Source of the DNA: the human T2T-CHM13v2.0 reference genome, Homo sapiens
Strand: one strand, 5' to 3'
DNA length: 64,000 nt
Assembly: GCF_009914755.1 (NCBI RefSeq)
Contig: NC_060931.1
Position 1 is the first letter of the stretch, and each line of letters begins with the position of its first letter. Position numbers and translations under genes: made by a program. Below are positions 63,226 through 64,000 of this stretch, piece by piece. The notes below the pieces were generated by a model that ran no database searches, had not been told where the DNA came from, and saw only the letters and a program-made list of their open reading frames with translations.

Positions 63226-64000
63226 AAGGTCTTCAATAATTCCTGAGTAACTCTAGAATGATCTACGTCAGGCTTCTCCAGGGGCACTACTTGTGTGTAC
63301 CTTTTCAAAACTAGCTGAGGAAATGGACCGCAGGTATACACTCAACTATAAATAACTTAAGCAATTATTTGTTTAGAAAGATAATTACTTTTAAAATATA
63401 TGAGTTTTTACACTTTTCCACAGCCATAAAGGACTTTACTTGAGACCAGTTGTGTTAATTGACCATGACATTAACAAACAACCAAATGTTAGTTGTCTAA
63501 CACTGATAGTTTTTCTCAGAAGCGAGGTAAGTCAAATTTTAAGCTGCAGATGTTAGTTTTCTGGTGCAGAGATGGTACTATAGAAGTCTATATCTGGTAC
63601 AATCACTTAATGATCACACAGTAATACTATTATTCATCTTATTTTACATTATTTGGTATGGATATGTACATAAAAGAACATGAGTCTGACCATCAGGATA
63701 CTTGGATCCTAAAATAATATTAGCTAGATGTGCAATTTTTATTATGTCATTTATTTATCTAAGGCTCAACTCATCTGTAAAGAGAGAGGTTTGTAGTAGA
63801 TGCACCCTAAGATTGTTTTTCTGTGAAATTGGGTAACCACTGGTCTTGACAAGTTTAAAACGTAGTTGAATAATTCGAGTATATCCATAGGAAAATCGAT
63901 GTAAAAGTATACAAGTAACTTAAAAACAAACACTATAAAAGGAAGAAAAATTCTGGTGATGTTAATTGGAAAGACCAAGATCAGACCATGAATAAGCAGA

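Overview
Human (primate) genomic DNA, recognisable as chr7q31. It holds the 3' end of the MET proto-oncogene on the + strand: the end of intron 19, exon 20 (852-988), a 95-nt last intron, the exon 21 CDS (1084-1321, with the YVHV/YVNV docking site) and a ~2.26-kb 3'UTR ending near 3583. The remaining ~60 kb is repeat-dense intergenic DNA running toward CAPZA2 (from recalled gene order; its main promoter is not in the window). It contains ~36 Alus, a near-full-length old L1PA with a younger L1 nested inside it, L1M/L2/MIR relics, several solo LTRs and hAT DNA-transposon relics. No other protein-coding gene is supported; the remaining ORFs are repeat-derived or chance. I see no new gene system. 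The most unusual signals are fossil DNA-repair and rearrangement structures readable directly from the sequence: (i) a 219-bp inverted duplication (5 mismatches) that extends an inverted Alu pair into a ~1.2-kb quasi-palindrome containing a chimeric J/S Alu (36653-37925); (ii) a multi-switch templated-insertion scar inside the L1 that includes 48 bp copied from an L2 3.4 kb away (27667-27820); (iii) a 13-bp twin-priming inversion (27595-27607). Candidate regulatory items are a divergent CTCF-like motif pair, a MamSINE1 carrying a splice donor, and a CCAAT/ETS/TATA cluster in a probable old LTR. Repeat subfamily calls are by eye against remembered consensus sequences, and their boundaries are approximate.
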